Of a stretch of 64,000 bases of DNA, positions 27,034 through 36,151 are shown piece by piece. Every line of letters begins with the position of its first letter. Within the stretch, counting starts at the first letter, position 1. The stretch spans positions 192,001 through 256,000 of IMG/VR virus record IMGVR_UViG_2595698868_000001. One strand, 5' to 3'. Source of the DNA: a virus. Taxonomy: Duplodnaviria; Caudoviricetes. The notes under the pieces are model-generated. The model ran no database searches. It saw nothing but the letters and a program-made list of their open reading frames with translations, and was not told the origin of the DNA. Position numbers and translations under genes: made by a program.

Positions 27034-28010
27034 TGGGCCGCGAACTCCGCCGTGTGCCGCTCGACTTCGACTGGCCGATCAACGAGACCTGGGAAGGGTT
27101 CCTGAATCCGCACTACACGGCGACGCCGTGTCCCATCTGCGTCGACAATTCGGGACATTCAACGGGCTACTCGCCCTACGCCCAGAAGGTGATGGATCAG
27201 TGGTACGGTCATCGCGGCGGCATCAAGGAAGTGCCTGCCTACAGCCAGCCGCACCTGCCCACGGACGATCACGTCGTCGCGTACGCCCAGCGCCAACTCA
27301 ACCATAGCCCCGGCTACTACGGCCGAGGTCCGGAAGCCCTAGCGCGCGAAGCGCTGCGCCTGAGCAACCTCTGGAACGGTTCGCTGTGCCACCACATCGA
27401 CCAGGATGACGTGCAGGCCCTGATCAACGCCGGGCGCCTGAACGACTTCACCCATGTCTGGCGCGATGGCCCGGAGGGGCGTCGCTGGTATCCCAAGGAA
27501 CCAGCGGTGGTTCCGACGGCGCGCGAAGTCAACATCTGGTCCTGTAGCAGCATGGGTCACGACAGCATCAATATGTCGATCGTGATCCGCAGTCGCTGCG
27601 AACGCGCTGGGCAGCCGACGACCTGCACGCACTGCGGAGGGCACGGAGATATCTGGGCCTCCAAGGAGGACGAGGCGCGCTACAACGCCTGGAAGCCGAC
27701 ACCTCCGCCCGAAGGTGAAGGCTGGCAAATCTGGGAGACCGTCTCCGAGGGCTCGCCGATCACGCCCGTCTTCCGTACGCCGGAAGAACTGGCCCGCTAC
27801 AAGGCCCGCCATCCCTACGGCACGGACAAGGCCAGCTACGAATCGTGGATGAAGTTCCTCCTCGGCGACGGCTGGGCGCCTTCAGCTATCGGTTTCGCCG
27901 GCGGCGGCATCATGAACGGCGTCGAAGGGCTCGCGCGGCTTAAGGCCCAAACGTCCGACGACTACGATCCGGATGAGTACGCCGACATCGGCGTGGAGGA
28001 ACGCTTTTAA
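27033..28010 (+). CDS. conserved phage protein with CxxC motifs
   Basis: MGRELRRVPLDFDWP; CPIC, CTHCGG; GWQIWETVSEGSPITPVF. Confidence 0.8.
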   Translation: MGRELRRVPLDFDWPINETWEGFLNPHYTATPCPICVDNSGHSTGYSPYAQKVMDQWYGHRGGIKEVPAYSQPHLPTDDHVVAYAQRQLNHSPGYYGRGPEALAREALRLSNLWNGSLCHHIDQDDVQALINAGRLNDFTHVWRDGPEGRRWYPKEPAVVPTAREVNIWSCSSMGHDSINMSIVIRSRCERAGQPTTCTHCGGHGDIWASKEDEARYNAWKPTPPPEGEGWQIWETVSEGSPITPVFRTPEELARYKARHPYGTDKASYESWMKFLLGDGWAPSAIGFAGGGIMNGVEGLARLKAQTSDDYDPDEYADIGVEERF

Positions 28011-28726
28011 TGTCGGTCTTCGACGAGGGCCTCAACCAACTCGCGTTGGACCCCGGCGACACGCCGCCGGGAGTCTTCTCGATCATCGCCGACCGCCTAG
28101 AAGAAGCGATCTGCGGCGACGAGCAAGAACTGCGTTTGCTCGCCGAGAAGCTGGATACGATCTTGCGGGCGGGGCTTCGGAACAATGGCGCGATCGCTCC
28201 GGCGATCTTGGGCCAGGAGCCAGACTCGAAGATCGAGACTGCGTACGCCCTCGGTCGCCTGTCCTTCGCTCTGGAACTCGCGCAGCGTACTCTGAGCCGT
28301 CGACCGCCCGAAGGCTTCTACACGATGCTCGACGACTACGGCTGGAGCGGCTTCTACAAGGCGCTGCTCAAGCAAGGTCGGGTCTCGCTGTCGTCGCGCC
28401 TTGGCGAGAAGGCGACGAAAAAGCGACGCAAGGAGGAACTCGAACGCTTCCAGGTGCTCGTGAATTCGGGCGTCGTCGACTTCGTCGAGGAGAACGGCGA
28501 CACCCTGTTCATGCTGACGCCGGCGGCTCGTTCCTATCTGGAGAACAAGCCGCCTCTGACCCTGGGCCTGCCCGAAGAACTGCTGGCCGGATGGGGCGAC
28601 CTCGACAGCGCGATCAACCGCGTCATCACCTCGCTGCCGGCGCAGATTTCGGCCAACATGGAAGACCTGGAGGGCCGCAAGCGGACTTTCCGTGAACTGA
28701 TCCACAAGCTGGCGATGGGGCGCTGA
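28010..28726 (+). CDS. hypothetical protein
   Basis: TAATG coupling. Confidence 0.75.
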   Translation: MSVFDEGLNQLALDPGDTPPGVFSIIADRLEEAICGDEQELRLLAEKLDTILRAGLRNNGAIAPAILGQEPDSKIETAYALGRLSFALELAQRTLSRRPPEGFYTMLDDYGWSGFYKALLKQGRVSLSSRLGEKATKKRRKEELERFQVLVNSGVVDFVEENGDTLFMLTPAARSYLENKPPLTLGLPEELLAGWGDLDSAINRVITSLPAQISANMEDLEGRKRTFRELIHKLAMGR

Positions 28727-29097
28727 TGACCGACCTCGAAGAGCGTCTCGATCCACAGACGCTCGCCGACCTCATCTACCGTCACTTCTACAACGGGCCG
28801 GTCGGCGGCGCCCGTCATCGACTCGCGCGTATCATCCGCAACCACGTGATGGGCCTGCCGATCATGTACTTCCAGGAAGTTCTGGACGAGTACCTGACGT
28901 CGGCCCTGGCGCTGAACGACAGCACGGACCCAGCAATCCGCGCCGAGAACCAGAAGGCCCTCGCGGAAGCGCGCGCCTTGTTCTGGAAGGGGCTGAACGG
29001 CGTGGCCGATCCGGTCCACGTCGACGGATTGATCGCCTATGCCGCCGCCAAGGAACTGACGCCCTGCATCGCCGATACGATCGCACGGAGACGCTGA
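28726..29097 (+). CDS. hypothetical protein
   Basis: TGATG coupling. Confidence 0.7.
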   Translation: MTDLEERLDPQTLADLIYRHFYNGPVGGARHRLARIIRNHVMGLPIMYFQEVLDEYLTSALALNDSTDPAIRAENQKALAEARALFWKGLNGVADPVHVDGLIAYAAAKELTPCIADTIARRR

Positions 29098-29555
29098 TGT
29101 ATCCCATTTCGGTGCCGCATCTCCAGCAAATCGCCGACCCTTTCGAGAACGTGGTCTGGCACCTCGATATCGACTCCCCGATCACTCGGCAGGAGGTCCA
29201 TGATGCGATCGCTCAAGGACGCTACAGCGGCCACATCTCCACTGCGCTTTATTCGCGCAATTGGAACGATCCGACGGAACGCCGTCGGACCCATGCCGAA
29301 CGCATCGCCCATCTCGTAACTTTCGGATGGCATGACGCCATCATGATCGACGTCGGTATCCCGAGCTACTTCTTCGGCGCCCGCCCGCCATATTGGCCCG
29401 TCACGGACGGCAACCATCGGCTGGCGGCGGCGATCTACCGCTGTGATCCCTATATCGCGGGCGACGTCGTCGGCTGCGTCGAAGAAGCCTGCCGCCTGGG
29501 CCTGGGTCCGCCCGGTCAAGTGCGTCCTCCGCTCCCCATGGTGATCAATGGCTAA
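29097..29555 (+). CDS. ParB/Srx-like domain protein
   Basis: VTDGNHRLAAAI motif. Confidence 0.7.
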   Translation: MYPISVPHLQQIADPFENVVWHLDIDSPITRQEVHDAIAQGRYSGHISTALYSRNWNDPTERRRTHAERIAHLVTFGWHDAIMIDVGIPSYFFGARPPYWPVTDGNHRLAAAIYRCDPYIAGDVVGCVEEACRLGLGPPGQVRPPLPMVING

Positions 29556-29781
29556 GCACCCTCCCATCCCGCAGGACTGCCGCACCTGTCCGTCACTTTG
29601 GACCCAAGGTCGCAAGGATGGGCAGCACGACCGCTGGTGCTGCCACTTCGGAGCGCCGGCGCCCCGAATGATCGGTCACTGTAAGACGACCGGCTACTTC
29701 GGCAGCGCTGCCCACGAGAAACATAAGGGCGACTTCCCCCGACCTGCCCACGTCAAACCGAAGGACCGCGTCAGCCTGTGA
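29548..29781 (+). CDS. small Cys-rich protein
   Basis: CRTC...WCC...C. Confidence 0.55.
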   Translation: MAKHPPIPQDCRTCPSLWTQGRKDGQHDRWCCHFGAPAPRMIGHCKTTGYFGSAAHEKHKGDFPRPAHVKPKDRVSL

Positions 29782-30281
29782 ACCGTCCGATCCTGTTCCT
29801 GGACTGCGACGGCGTCGTCAATACGACGTCGACCGAGCCGCTGCCTTACGACAAGCGACGGCCGGCGTGGCGCAAATATGCCCACCTCTCCGAGCCGGCG
29901 ATCGTCGCGCGGCTCAAGACCTTCGTGCAGGCCCACAACATGATTGTGGTGGTGTCGAGCACGTGGCGTAAGCTGAACACGCGCGCGTAGTTCATCTCCT
30001 ACCTCGGCGATTGGCTCCAGAATCACATACCGCGCTCGAAGCATTGGCGGACGGTCTCGACCAACAAGGGCTTTCGAGGCGAAGAAGTGCGTATCTGGTT
30101 CCGCGCTAACCCTCGCCACGGCGCCGCACCCTACGTGATCTTCGATGACGATAGCGACTTCTATCCTGACCAACCCCACGTCAAGACGCACTATGATCAC
30201 GGCCTGACCGACGCCGATATCGAGCGCGCTTCGCAATTACTGGCAGACCAGCAGTGTTCGACTCTTTCGTCTACCACCTGA
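29778..30281 (+). pseudogene. HAD phosphatase (Swiss-army-knife RNA-repair type) interrupted by an in-frame TAG at 29988-29990
   Basis: ILFLDCDGVVN, IVVVSSTWR | *FISYL...RGEEVRIW...YVIFDDDSD...GLT form one 168-codon frame. Confidence 0.75.
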
Positions 30282-30712
30282 ACGCTTATCGTCAGCGCAA
30301 GGGCAAGTACCGGGTCTTCCGCTACATGGGACGCGAGGACGGTAACCCGCTGCGTATCGTCTACACTCGCAACTTCGGCCCGTCGCTCAACGGAGAGACA
30401 CGGTTCACGCTGGTGCTGGGCATCGATACCAAGCTGTTCAGCTACTCGCTGATGATCAACCGCTACAGCGAGCGTTATGTCCTCAATCCCCACACTGACG
30501 GCATCGACCACAACGAAATCCTGCTCCTGGAACTGATCCGGGCCAGGGCCGGCGGCGTCTTCTCGGCCGGCGCGGGAGCCCGCTCCTGGCTGAACGGTCG
30601 CATCTGGCGGCTCGACGGCGGTCAGGTTGAGCATGGCTTCACGAAGATCGAGAAGGGATCGCGCCTGACCTTGATCTTCCAACGTGGACAGCATGGCGGC
30701 CGATGTCCATGA
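30254..30712 (+). CDS. 2OG-Fe(II) oxygenase-like protein
   Basis: PHTD ... GG.F ... HGFTKIEKGSRLTL (HxD...H...R). Confidence 0.65.
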   Translation: MFDSFVYHLNAYRQRKGKYRVFRYMGREDGNPLRIVYTRNFGPSLNGETRFTLVLGIDTKLFSYSLMINRYSERYVLNPHTDGIDHNEILLLELIRARAGGVFSAGAGARSWLNGRIWRLDGGQVEHGFTKIEKGSRLTLIFQRGQHGGRCP

Positions 30713-30957
30713 TCTTGCTTCGGCCGCCAGTATGCTTTGCCAAGGACGTGCATATCTCACTTCGCGCGTCTGCTCCTCTGCATCCTGCCGCCGCTGAATG
30801 GATCGCCGGAGTAAGCTGTCCGCCTCATGTCGTGCCCAGGGTGATCGCTTGCCTGGAAAACAGTGGACGTTACGACTGCTGCGTGTCGGAGGCCGCTTAT
30901 GCGGCTTCTTGCGTCGACTTGCCCGAGGTGGGTATCGAAGTGCTAGTGCTCACTTGA
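30703..30957 (+). CDS. hypothetical protein
   Basis: Fills the gap; weaker codon bias. Confidence 0.4.
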   Translation: MSMILLRPPVCFAKDVHISLRASAPLHPAAAEWIAGVSCPPHVVPRVIACLENSGRYDCCVSEAAYAASCVDLPEVGIEVLVLT

Positions 30958-31007
30958 CCATGGGTATATCGTTCTTGTAAAGAAACATAAACATGAAGGG
31001 AGCCCAC

Positions 31008-31148
31008 ATGATCGAGATGCTAAAGGAGCTTCAGCGCCGGTTCGAGCACGAGATCAAAACGAACAATGCGTTCTTCTGGTACATCGTGGCGACGGGCGCC
31101 GTGAACGTCGTGATCTTCGTCTGGCTGATGGGCGTGATCTTTGGCTAA
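31008..31148 (+). CDS. small membrane protein (46 aa)
   Basis: GGGAG RBS; MIEMLKELQRRFEHEIKTNNAFFWYIVATGAVNVVIFVWLMGVIFG. Confidence 0.65.
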   Translation: MIEMLKELQRRFEHEIKTNNAFFWYIVATGAVNVVIFVWLMGVIFG

Positions 31149-31279
31149 CTGTCCAGATATGGCCGACAACCGCCGTTTATCGGTCGGATTTGGCCACCCG
31201 TGGACAATTGCGTAACCGCCCGTATGTGAGCCATTAAGGGCCTATTTCTCGGCTAACAGCCCACACATGACACTTTATC

Positions 31280-31333
31280 GACCGGAGGTCCCGCCGGCGG
31301 CAGCCGGTCACGAGGGCCGAAGGCGCGAGTGAT
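31280..31333. repeat. REP-like palindromic repeat, copy 2 (intergenic)
   Basis: GACCGGAGGTCCCGCCGGCGGCAGCCGGTCACGAGG identical to copy 3, then the covariant hairpin GCC-GAA-GGC and GCGAGTGAT. Confidence 0.8.
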
Positions 31334-31422
31334 TCCTTGACGCAGGGATCGAGATCAGCGAGAGTGAGATTCTTAGTAGGGGTGGTAGCCTGCTGGGTCT
31401 CCTTAGGGATGATGTTTGATGG

Positions 31423-31459
31423 AAACGGGAGGGCGGTCTTCGGGCCGCCCTCTTCGTTT
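31423..31459 (+). terminator. intrinsic terminator-like hairpin
   Basis: AAACGGGAGGGCGGTC-TTCG-GGCCGCCCTCTTCGTTT. Confidence 0.75.
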
Positions 31460-31505
31460 GAGCCAAGAGTTGACAGCCGGCGCCGGTCTCGCTTATCCAA
31501 GAGCC

Positions 31506-31895
31506 ATGCCGCACTCGCTCGACGCCATCGCCAATCGTGTCCGTATGGCGGACCCGAATCTCCTGCATCTGAGCCTGGAGGCGGACCTGCTCCACACGCT
31601 CTTGCTTCAGTCGGAGTGGCCACCCGAGTGGCATCATGTCACGCGCTTCAATCCGCTCGATCGCCTGGAATCGGCGATCAGCCTGATCGAGCGTTTCTTC
31701 CCCGGCTGGGACTTCGGAGTCCAGTACCGATTCGACGACAAGACGGATGAGAAGTACGCCAGCGCGGTGCTCTCCACCCCAAACGGCTCAACGGTCTATT
31801 CGGAAGAGGTGCGTGGAGGTTGCATCGCTATGCCAAAGGCGACTTGCCTTGTGCTCCTGCGGGGGTTGAAGGATCAGCTTTCGCACGCAGCTTGA
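31506..31895 (+). CDS. hypothetical protein
   Basis: Follows class B promoter at 31467. Confidence 0.7.
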   Translation: MPHSLDAIANRVRMADPNLLHLSLEADLLHTLLLQSEWPPEWHHVTRFNPLDRLESAISLIERFFPGWDFGVQYRFDDKTDEKYASAVLSTPNGSTVYSEEVRGGCIAMPKATCLVLLRGLKDQLSHAA

Positions 31896-31918
31896 CGATC
31901 GACTTCCATTTCTTTACA
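31892..31918 (+). promoter_or_regulatory. class A phage promoter
   Basis: TTGAC-N11-ATTTCTTTACA. Confidence 0.7.
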
Positions 31919-31950
31919 TGGGTCCTGACGATCAATCAGAGGAGACCCAC

Positions 31951-32142
31951 ATGCAGATCGGCACCATGGATGACGTCAGCAGGGACAATGACCTGCTCGA
32001 TCTCATTCTTCAGCTTCTCAAGGCCTCGGGCGACATCGACCAAGTGCCGCGCGATGCGGAGTACGTGGAAGCCTACGGCGCCGCCGTCAACATCAGGCTA
32101 GTCGACGGCCGCACCGCGACCATCCTGGTCTCGGTCGACTGA
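31951..32142 (+). CDS. hypothetical protein
   Basis: GAGGAG RBS. Confidence 0.7.
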   Translation: MQIGTMDDVSRDNDLLDLILQLLKASGDIDQVPRDAEYVEAYGAAVNIRLVDGRTATILVSVD

Positions 32143-32143
32143 C

Positions 32144-32761
32144 GTGACCCAGATCACCTACCGCGAAGCTAAAGCGCGCCTGAGCGCGCCGGACGCTGAC
32201 CTGAACAACCTGCGCGCCGAACTCGCCGTCCTAATGGACGCGATCGACAACAATCATTTCCCCTATGATCCCGAGCGGCCGTTCTGCCGGGGATTCGTTC
32301 TGTGGACCCATCCGGACGACCCCACAAAGCAGGTCACCGTCCGTAACGGACAGATCACCTGCGTCGACGGCGCGCATTACGGCATCTCGGCCAAGACCCT
32401 GTGGATCAGGGAGACATCCGAGAACGAAACCTATGCGCGATTGGAGATCGGCAGGGTTGATTCAGATGAAAAGGCTATCGAATTCAACTTCAGCGAGGTG
32501 CTCGCCGGCCTCGAAGACATCATTGGCTGCAAGGTGACGACCAAGGTCTGCTATGGCTTCGACGGCTTCTACCAACTCGGGTTCGAGCGTCAGTTCAAGC
32601 GTTGGGATCGCCAGCGTCTGCGCGCCGAGCAGGTCGTCACGTTCATGCAGAAGTACGACTGCGCTTTCGGGCGCACATTCGTGGAGGTGAAGACAGGCCG
32701 GATCGACCTGACGATCCAACTCCACAAGGGCGAGCACGGGAACTACACCAAGAAGGGTTGA
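32144..32761 (+). CDS. hypothetical protein
   Basis: Adjacent to the upstream stop. Confidence 0.7.
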   Translation: MTQITYREAKARLSAPDADLNNLRAELAVLMDAIDNNHFPYDPERPFCRGFVLWTHPDDPTKQVTVRNGQITCVDGAHYGISAKTLWIRETSENETYARLEIGRVDSDEKAIEFNFSEVLAGLEDIIGCKVTTKVCYGFDGFYQLGFERQFKRWDRQRLRAEQVVTFMQKYDCAFGRTFVEVKTGRIDLTIQLHKGEHGNYTKKG

Positions 32762-32784
32762 CGCTCACGTTGTGTTTCTTTACA
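32758..32784 (+). promoter_or_regulatory. class A phage promoter
   Basis: TTGAC-N11-GTTTCTTTACA. Confidence 0.75.
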
Positions 32785-32830
32785 AGCACATCTGACGATC
32801 ACAGATTACTGTGCAATCCAGGAGGACCCG

Positions 32831-33412
32831 ATGACCAAAGACCCCTTCCGCGACGCGCAGGGTAACCGCCAAATCCAGATGAAGGATGGCAAGCCTACCT
32901 ATCGTGGGTACACGATCGAGCCGAAGAAGGATTTCGGCCAGTACGGCTATCACGTCGGCCCGTTCGTCTACGATCGGGGCTACGTTGTGACCGATGGCGG
33001 AATCACCAACGTCATGCCGGGCGCGACGTGGTTCACGACCCACGACGACGCGATGCGTGCGATCGACGATTTGATCGCGAGCAAGGAATTCGTCATGGAC
33101 GGCGAGCATCCGTTCTGGGCCTACGTGCGGCTGCGCCGCGCCGCCGAAGAGCGCGCCCTGGAACTGGCTCTGGCGCTGAACGCCCTGGTCGAGACGTCGG
33201 AAGCCTCGATCGAGAAGCCGCTGACGACGATGCCGGCGCTGGTCAAAGCGCGGATGTGGGCGCGTAAGCTGCTCAACGAGATCGATGACAACTGCGATCG
33301 CCGCGACACAATCATCGAGACCGACGGCACGCGCCGGCGTGTGGGCGTCAAGAAGGGCGGCCACTTCAGCCTGCCGATGAAGAAGAAGGAAGAGCCGCAA
33401 AAGAGCGCTTGA
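32831..33412 (+). CDS. hypothetical protein
   Basis: GGAGG RBS; YRGYTIEPK.DF...NVMPGATWF. Confidence 0.8.
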   Translation: MTKDPFRDAQGNRQIQMKDGKPTYRGYTIEPKKDFGQYGYHVGPFVYDRGYVVTDGGITNVMPGATWFTTHDDAMRAIDDLIASKEFVMDGEHPFWAYVRLRRAAEERALELALALNALVETSEASIEKPLTTMPALVKARMWARKLLNEIDDNCDRRDTIIETDGTRRRVGVKKGGHFSLPMKKKEEPQKSA

Positions 33413-33466
33413 CCGCGCAGTTTAGTTTCTTTACAAGCCTCCATGACGATCAACGCCATGGAGGCT
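33409..33466 (+). promoter_or_regulatory. class A promoter with RBS-containing hairpin
   Basis: TTGAC-N11-GTTTCTTTACA; AGCCTCCATG (33436-33445) / CATGGAGGCT (33457-33466). Confidence 0.8.
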
Positions 33467-33471
33467 TTCTC

Positions 33472-33852
33472 ATGACCAGCACCTTCCGCCAGGAATTCGA
33501 GGCCCGCTACGCCGACAAGGCTGCCGCCGCCCGTAAGAAGGCCAAACCGCATGCCCGCAAGGCTGGTGACGAACTGCTGAAGCTGGGCGCTCCGGTCTAC
33601 TTCCACCTCGCCGGCGAACACGGCACCCACTTCATCATCGGCGCCGAACTGCGCGACAACGACGACAGCCTCTTCTGCGACTACTACCAGGAAGATGTGC
33701 GCGAGCGCTGGGATCGCGAGGACGTGCCGGTCGCCGAGCGTAAGATTCTTAACGCCCAGGGCATCAAGACCGAGGTCCATGATGTCCTGAAGAAGCACGG
33801 CCTCTACGCCGAGTGGATCAACCCCGGTCAGGTCGGCGTCTACGATGCGTAA
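33472..33852 (+). CDS. hypothetical protein
   Basis: GGAGG RBS; LKKHGLYAEWINPG. Confidence 0.8.
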   Translation: MTSTFRQEFEARYADKAAAARKKAKPHARKAGDELLKLGAPVYFHLAGEHGTHFIIGAELRDNDDSLFCDYYQEDVRERWDREDVPVAERKILNAQGIKTEVHDVLKKHGLYAEWINPGQVGVYDA

Positions 33853-34105
33853 GCTGATCTCGAAGTTCTCCGACGCCTACAATGCCTATCGTGACGCGCG
33901 CACGCCGCGCTACGTCGGGCATGTCAGGTTGCCGTACACGGCCTACAATCCTTTCATCGGGCTCTATCAGGGCGGCGAAGACTTCATCCACTTCTACCGC
34001 ACGCCCAAGGGCAAGCGGTCGGTGAAGGTCACGGATCGTCGCCTGATGCAGCGTCCCCTGGTTCAAGCCTATCTTCGAAACGGCACCCTGCCGCTCGCCG
34101 CGTGA
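33845..34105 (+). CDS. hypothetical protein
   Basis: Overlapping start. Confidence 0.65.
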   Translation: MRKLISKFSDAYNAYRDARTPRYVGHVRLPYTAYNPFIGLYQGGEDFIHFYRTPKGKRSVKVTDRRLMQRPLVQAYLRNGTLPLAA

Positions 34106-34500
34106 CTGAGCCCTACTTCACTTCTGATCCAGAGGCCCTGGCCGCGCGAGCGGTCAGGTTCCCTCTGCGCGGGCCGATCTCAATCTATGACGCCTGGGAC
34201 GGCGTCGCACTGATCGACTTCGCCTATCGAATGCGGCTGCCGCTGGGCAAGCTACGCGAACGACGCTGCCAGCAAGCCGTCGATGTCATTAAGGACCACG
34301 ACAGCCCCGCCGCCTTCCGCCTGATGGCCGTATCGCGCTTGGCGCAATATCAGGTGATGATGGTGCGCTTCTATCTCGGCCCAGAAACAATCCTCCCCAC
34401 GGACGAGGAAATCATCCGTGCATGCGAGATGCTCGATCGCGCCTACAAGAAGCGTCGCGCAGAACAACGTCGGCGCAAGAAGTTGCTTGACGCTGTCTAG
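34102..34500 (+). CDS. hypothetical protein
   Basis: GTGA overlap. Confidence 0.65.
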   Translation: MTEPYFTSDPEALAARAVRFPLRGPISIYDAWDGVALIDFAYRMRLPLGKLRERRCQQAVDVIKDHDSPAAFRLMAVSRLAQYQVMMVRFYLGPETILPTDEEIIRACEMLDRAYKKRRAEQRRRKKLLDAV

Positions 34501-34538
34501 TTGTTTCTTTACAAGCCTCCTCGACGAAACGAGGAGGC
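34487..34538 (+). promoter_or_regulatory. class A promoter with RBS-containing hairpin
   Basis: TTGAC-N11-GTTTCTTTACA; GCCTCCTCG (34515-34523) / CGAGGAGGC (34530-34538). Confidence 0.8.
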
Positions 34539-34542
34539 ACCC

Positions 34543-35061
34543 ATGAGCGACCACTGGCCCGAGACCCGCGACGAACTGATCGAGCGCTTCTGCGCGCCGG
34601 ATCATAACGGCCGGATCGCGATCGAGGACCGCGAACTGTTCACGCGGTTCGTCGACAAGGCGCTCTCCATGCCTGACCAGCGCTACACCTATGCCTTCTC
34701 GGACGACCCGTCCAAGCAGCCGCCGGTCACGCCGTCGGCGCTCTGCAACGCCATATACGATGGCGGCTACTTCCTGAACGACAGCACCGGCTGGATCGAT
34801 CGTGACGGCAAGTTCTACGGATGCGCTTATGCCCGTCATGAGCGTCTGCTGGAATGGATGGACATGAACTCGATCGAGCAAGAGCAAGAAGGCTGGATCA
34901 AGCTGTCCCGCTACACCGCACACGCCACGTTTGCGCCCAATGACGCGCAGTGCGCCACCCTCATGCGGATCAACGATGAGGTGCAGGAAAAGCACGCATT
35001 TTCGTTGAACTTCGCGCACCTGCACAATCTTCCCCAACTGCCGCGCAAGCGTCGCGCCTAA
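34543..35061 (+). CDS. hypothetical protein
   Basis: GAGGAGG RBS; GWIDRDGKFYGC...H...GWIKL. Confidence 0.8.
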   Translation: MSDHWPETRDELIERFCAPDHNGRIAIEDRELFTRFVDKALSMPDQRYTYAFSDDPSKQPPVTPSALCNAIYDGGYFLNDSTGWIDRDGKFYGCAYARHERLLEWMDMNSIEQEQEGWIKLSRYTAHATFAPNDAQCATLMRINDEVQEKHAFSLNFAHLHNLPQLPRKRRA

Positions 35062-35070
35062 GGACCCTCC

Positions 35071-35925
35071 ATGACCAAGCCAATCTGGATTCTGGAAACC
35101 AACGTCTTCGCCGAAGTGTGCTTCGATGCGATGGTCGCACACCTGATCGCGTCCGGCATCGAACATCACCTCGTACGCGTCCTGCCGATGACCAGCGATG
35201 GTGGTCGCAAGGCGCCGGAGATCGAGGGCAAAACCCCGGTTTTGCCGGCCGGCGTACCGGTCGTGGTCTATGGGTCGGTCGGTGTCCAGGCCTTAGCGCG
35301 CCAGCATGGTTGGACTCCGGGCGTATGGACGGACCACGAGAACTTCAACTATGAAACCTTCCGCGACAAGCTGGGCGACCTGCTTCTGAACGACGACATG
35401 GAGCGCATGCCGCTCAGTGCCGCCGGCGCCTACTTCGCCGCGCTCACTCCCGGCGAAAAGCGGTTCATTAAGCCGAACCTCGATACCAAGGAGTTCGCTG
35501 GTCAGGTCATCACCGCTGACGACTTCGACGTCTGGCTCGCCGGAATGATCGACACGGGGTATCTGACCAAGGACAGCGACTTCGATGTGGTGATCGCCGC
35601 GCCGAAAGACCTGGGCGTCGAATGGCGCGCGGTGGTCGTGGATGGCAAGGTCTCGTCCTGCTGTATCTATCGGCAGTGGCAGCGCGTGATGCCTGAACTG
35701 CACATCCTGCCCGAGGTCGAAGACCTGATCCTCAAGGCGCACGCCAAGTTCGCGCCCGGCGACGTCTATGTCATCGACGTCGCGCAGCAATACCAAATGA
35801 TCAACGGCGAGCGCGACTACGTGTTCAAGATCATCGAGTACAACACGTTCAACTCGGCCGGGCTGTATGCCTGCGACGTGGTCAAGATCATCGACGACAT
35901 CAACGCCTTTCTGGAAAGGAGCTAA
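35071..35925 (+). CDS. ATP-grasp family protein (R2K-like)
   Basis: FIKPNLDTKEFAGQV, EWRAVVVDGKV, YVIDVA, KIIEYNTFNSAGLYACD. Confidence 0.85.
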   Translation: MTKPIWILETNVFAEVCFDAMVAHLIASGIEHHLVRVLPMTSDGGRKAPEIEGKTPVLPAGVPVVVYGSVGVQALARQHGWTPGVWTDHENFNYETFRDKLGDLLLNDDMERMPLSAAGAYFAALTPGEKRFIKPNLDTKEFAGQVITADDFDVWLAGMIDTGYLTKDSDFDVVIAAPKDLGVEWRAVVVDGKVSSCCIYRQWQRVMPELHILPEVEDLILKAHAKFAPGDVYVIDVAQQYQMINGERDYVFKIIEYNTFNSAGLYACDVVKIIDDINAFLERS

Positions 35926-35926
35926 T

Positions 35927-36151
35927 ATGCCGTTCAAGCGTGCTTCCGAACTGAAGATCGTGGAGATCACCCCGCAAGGCGCTGAACTGCGCTACGAGGC
36001 GATCGCCCAGGCCGCTGGTCACTTCAACATCATCGCCTGGGGGCAAAACAGCGCCGGCGAGCCCACTCAACAGGAGCACGCCCGCTGCGGGTCCCGCGAG
36101 AAGGCCGTGTCGGAGATGGACGACCTGTTTCGCACGCTGGAGCGTGCCTGA
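35927..36151 (+). CDS. hypothetical protein
   Basis: AAGGAG RBS. Confidence 0.7.
   Translation: MPFKRASELKIVEITPQGAELRYEAIAQAAGHFNIIAWGQNSAGEPTQQEHARCGSREKAVSEMDDLFRTLERA

Noticed and set aside
29988-29990. Genome-wide TAG recoding
   Set aside because: Many genes end in TAG directly before a promoter or the next gene's RBS.
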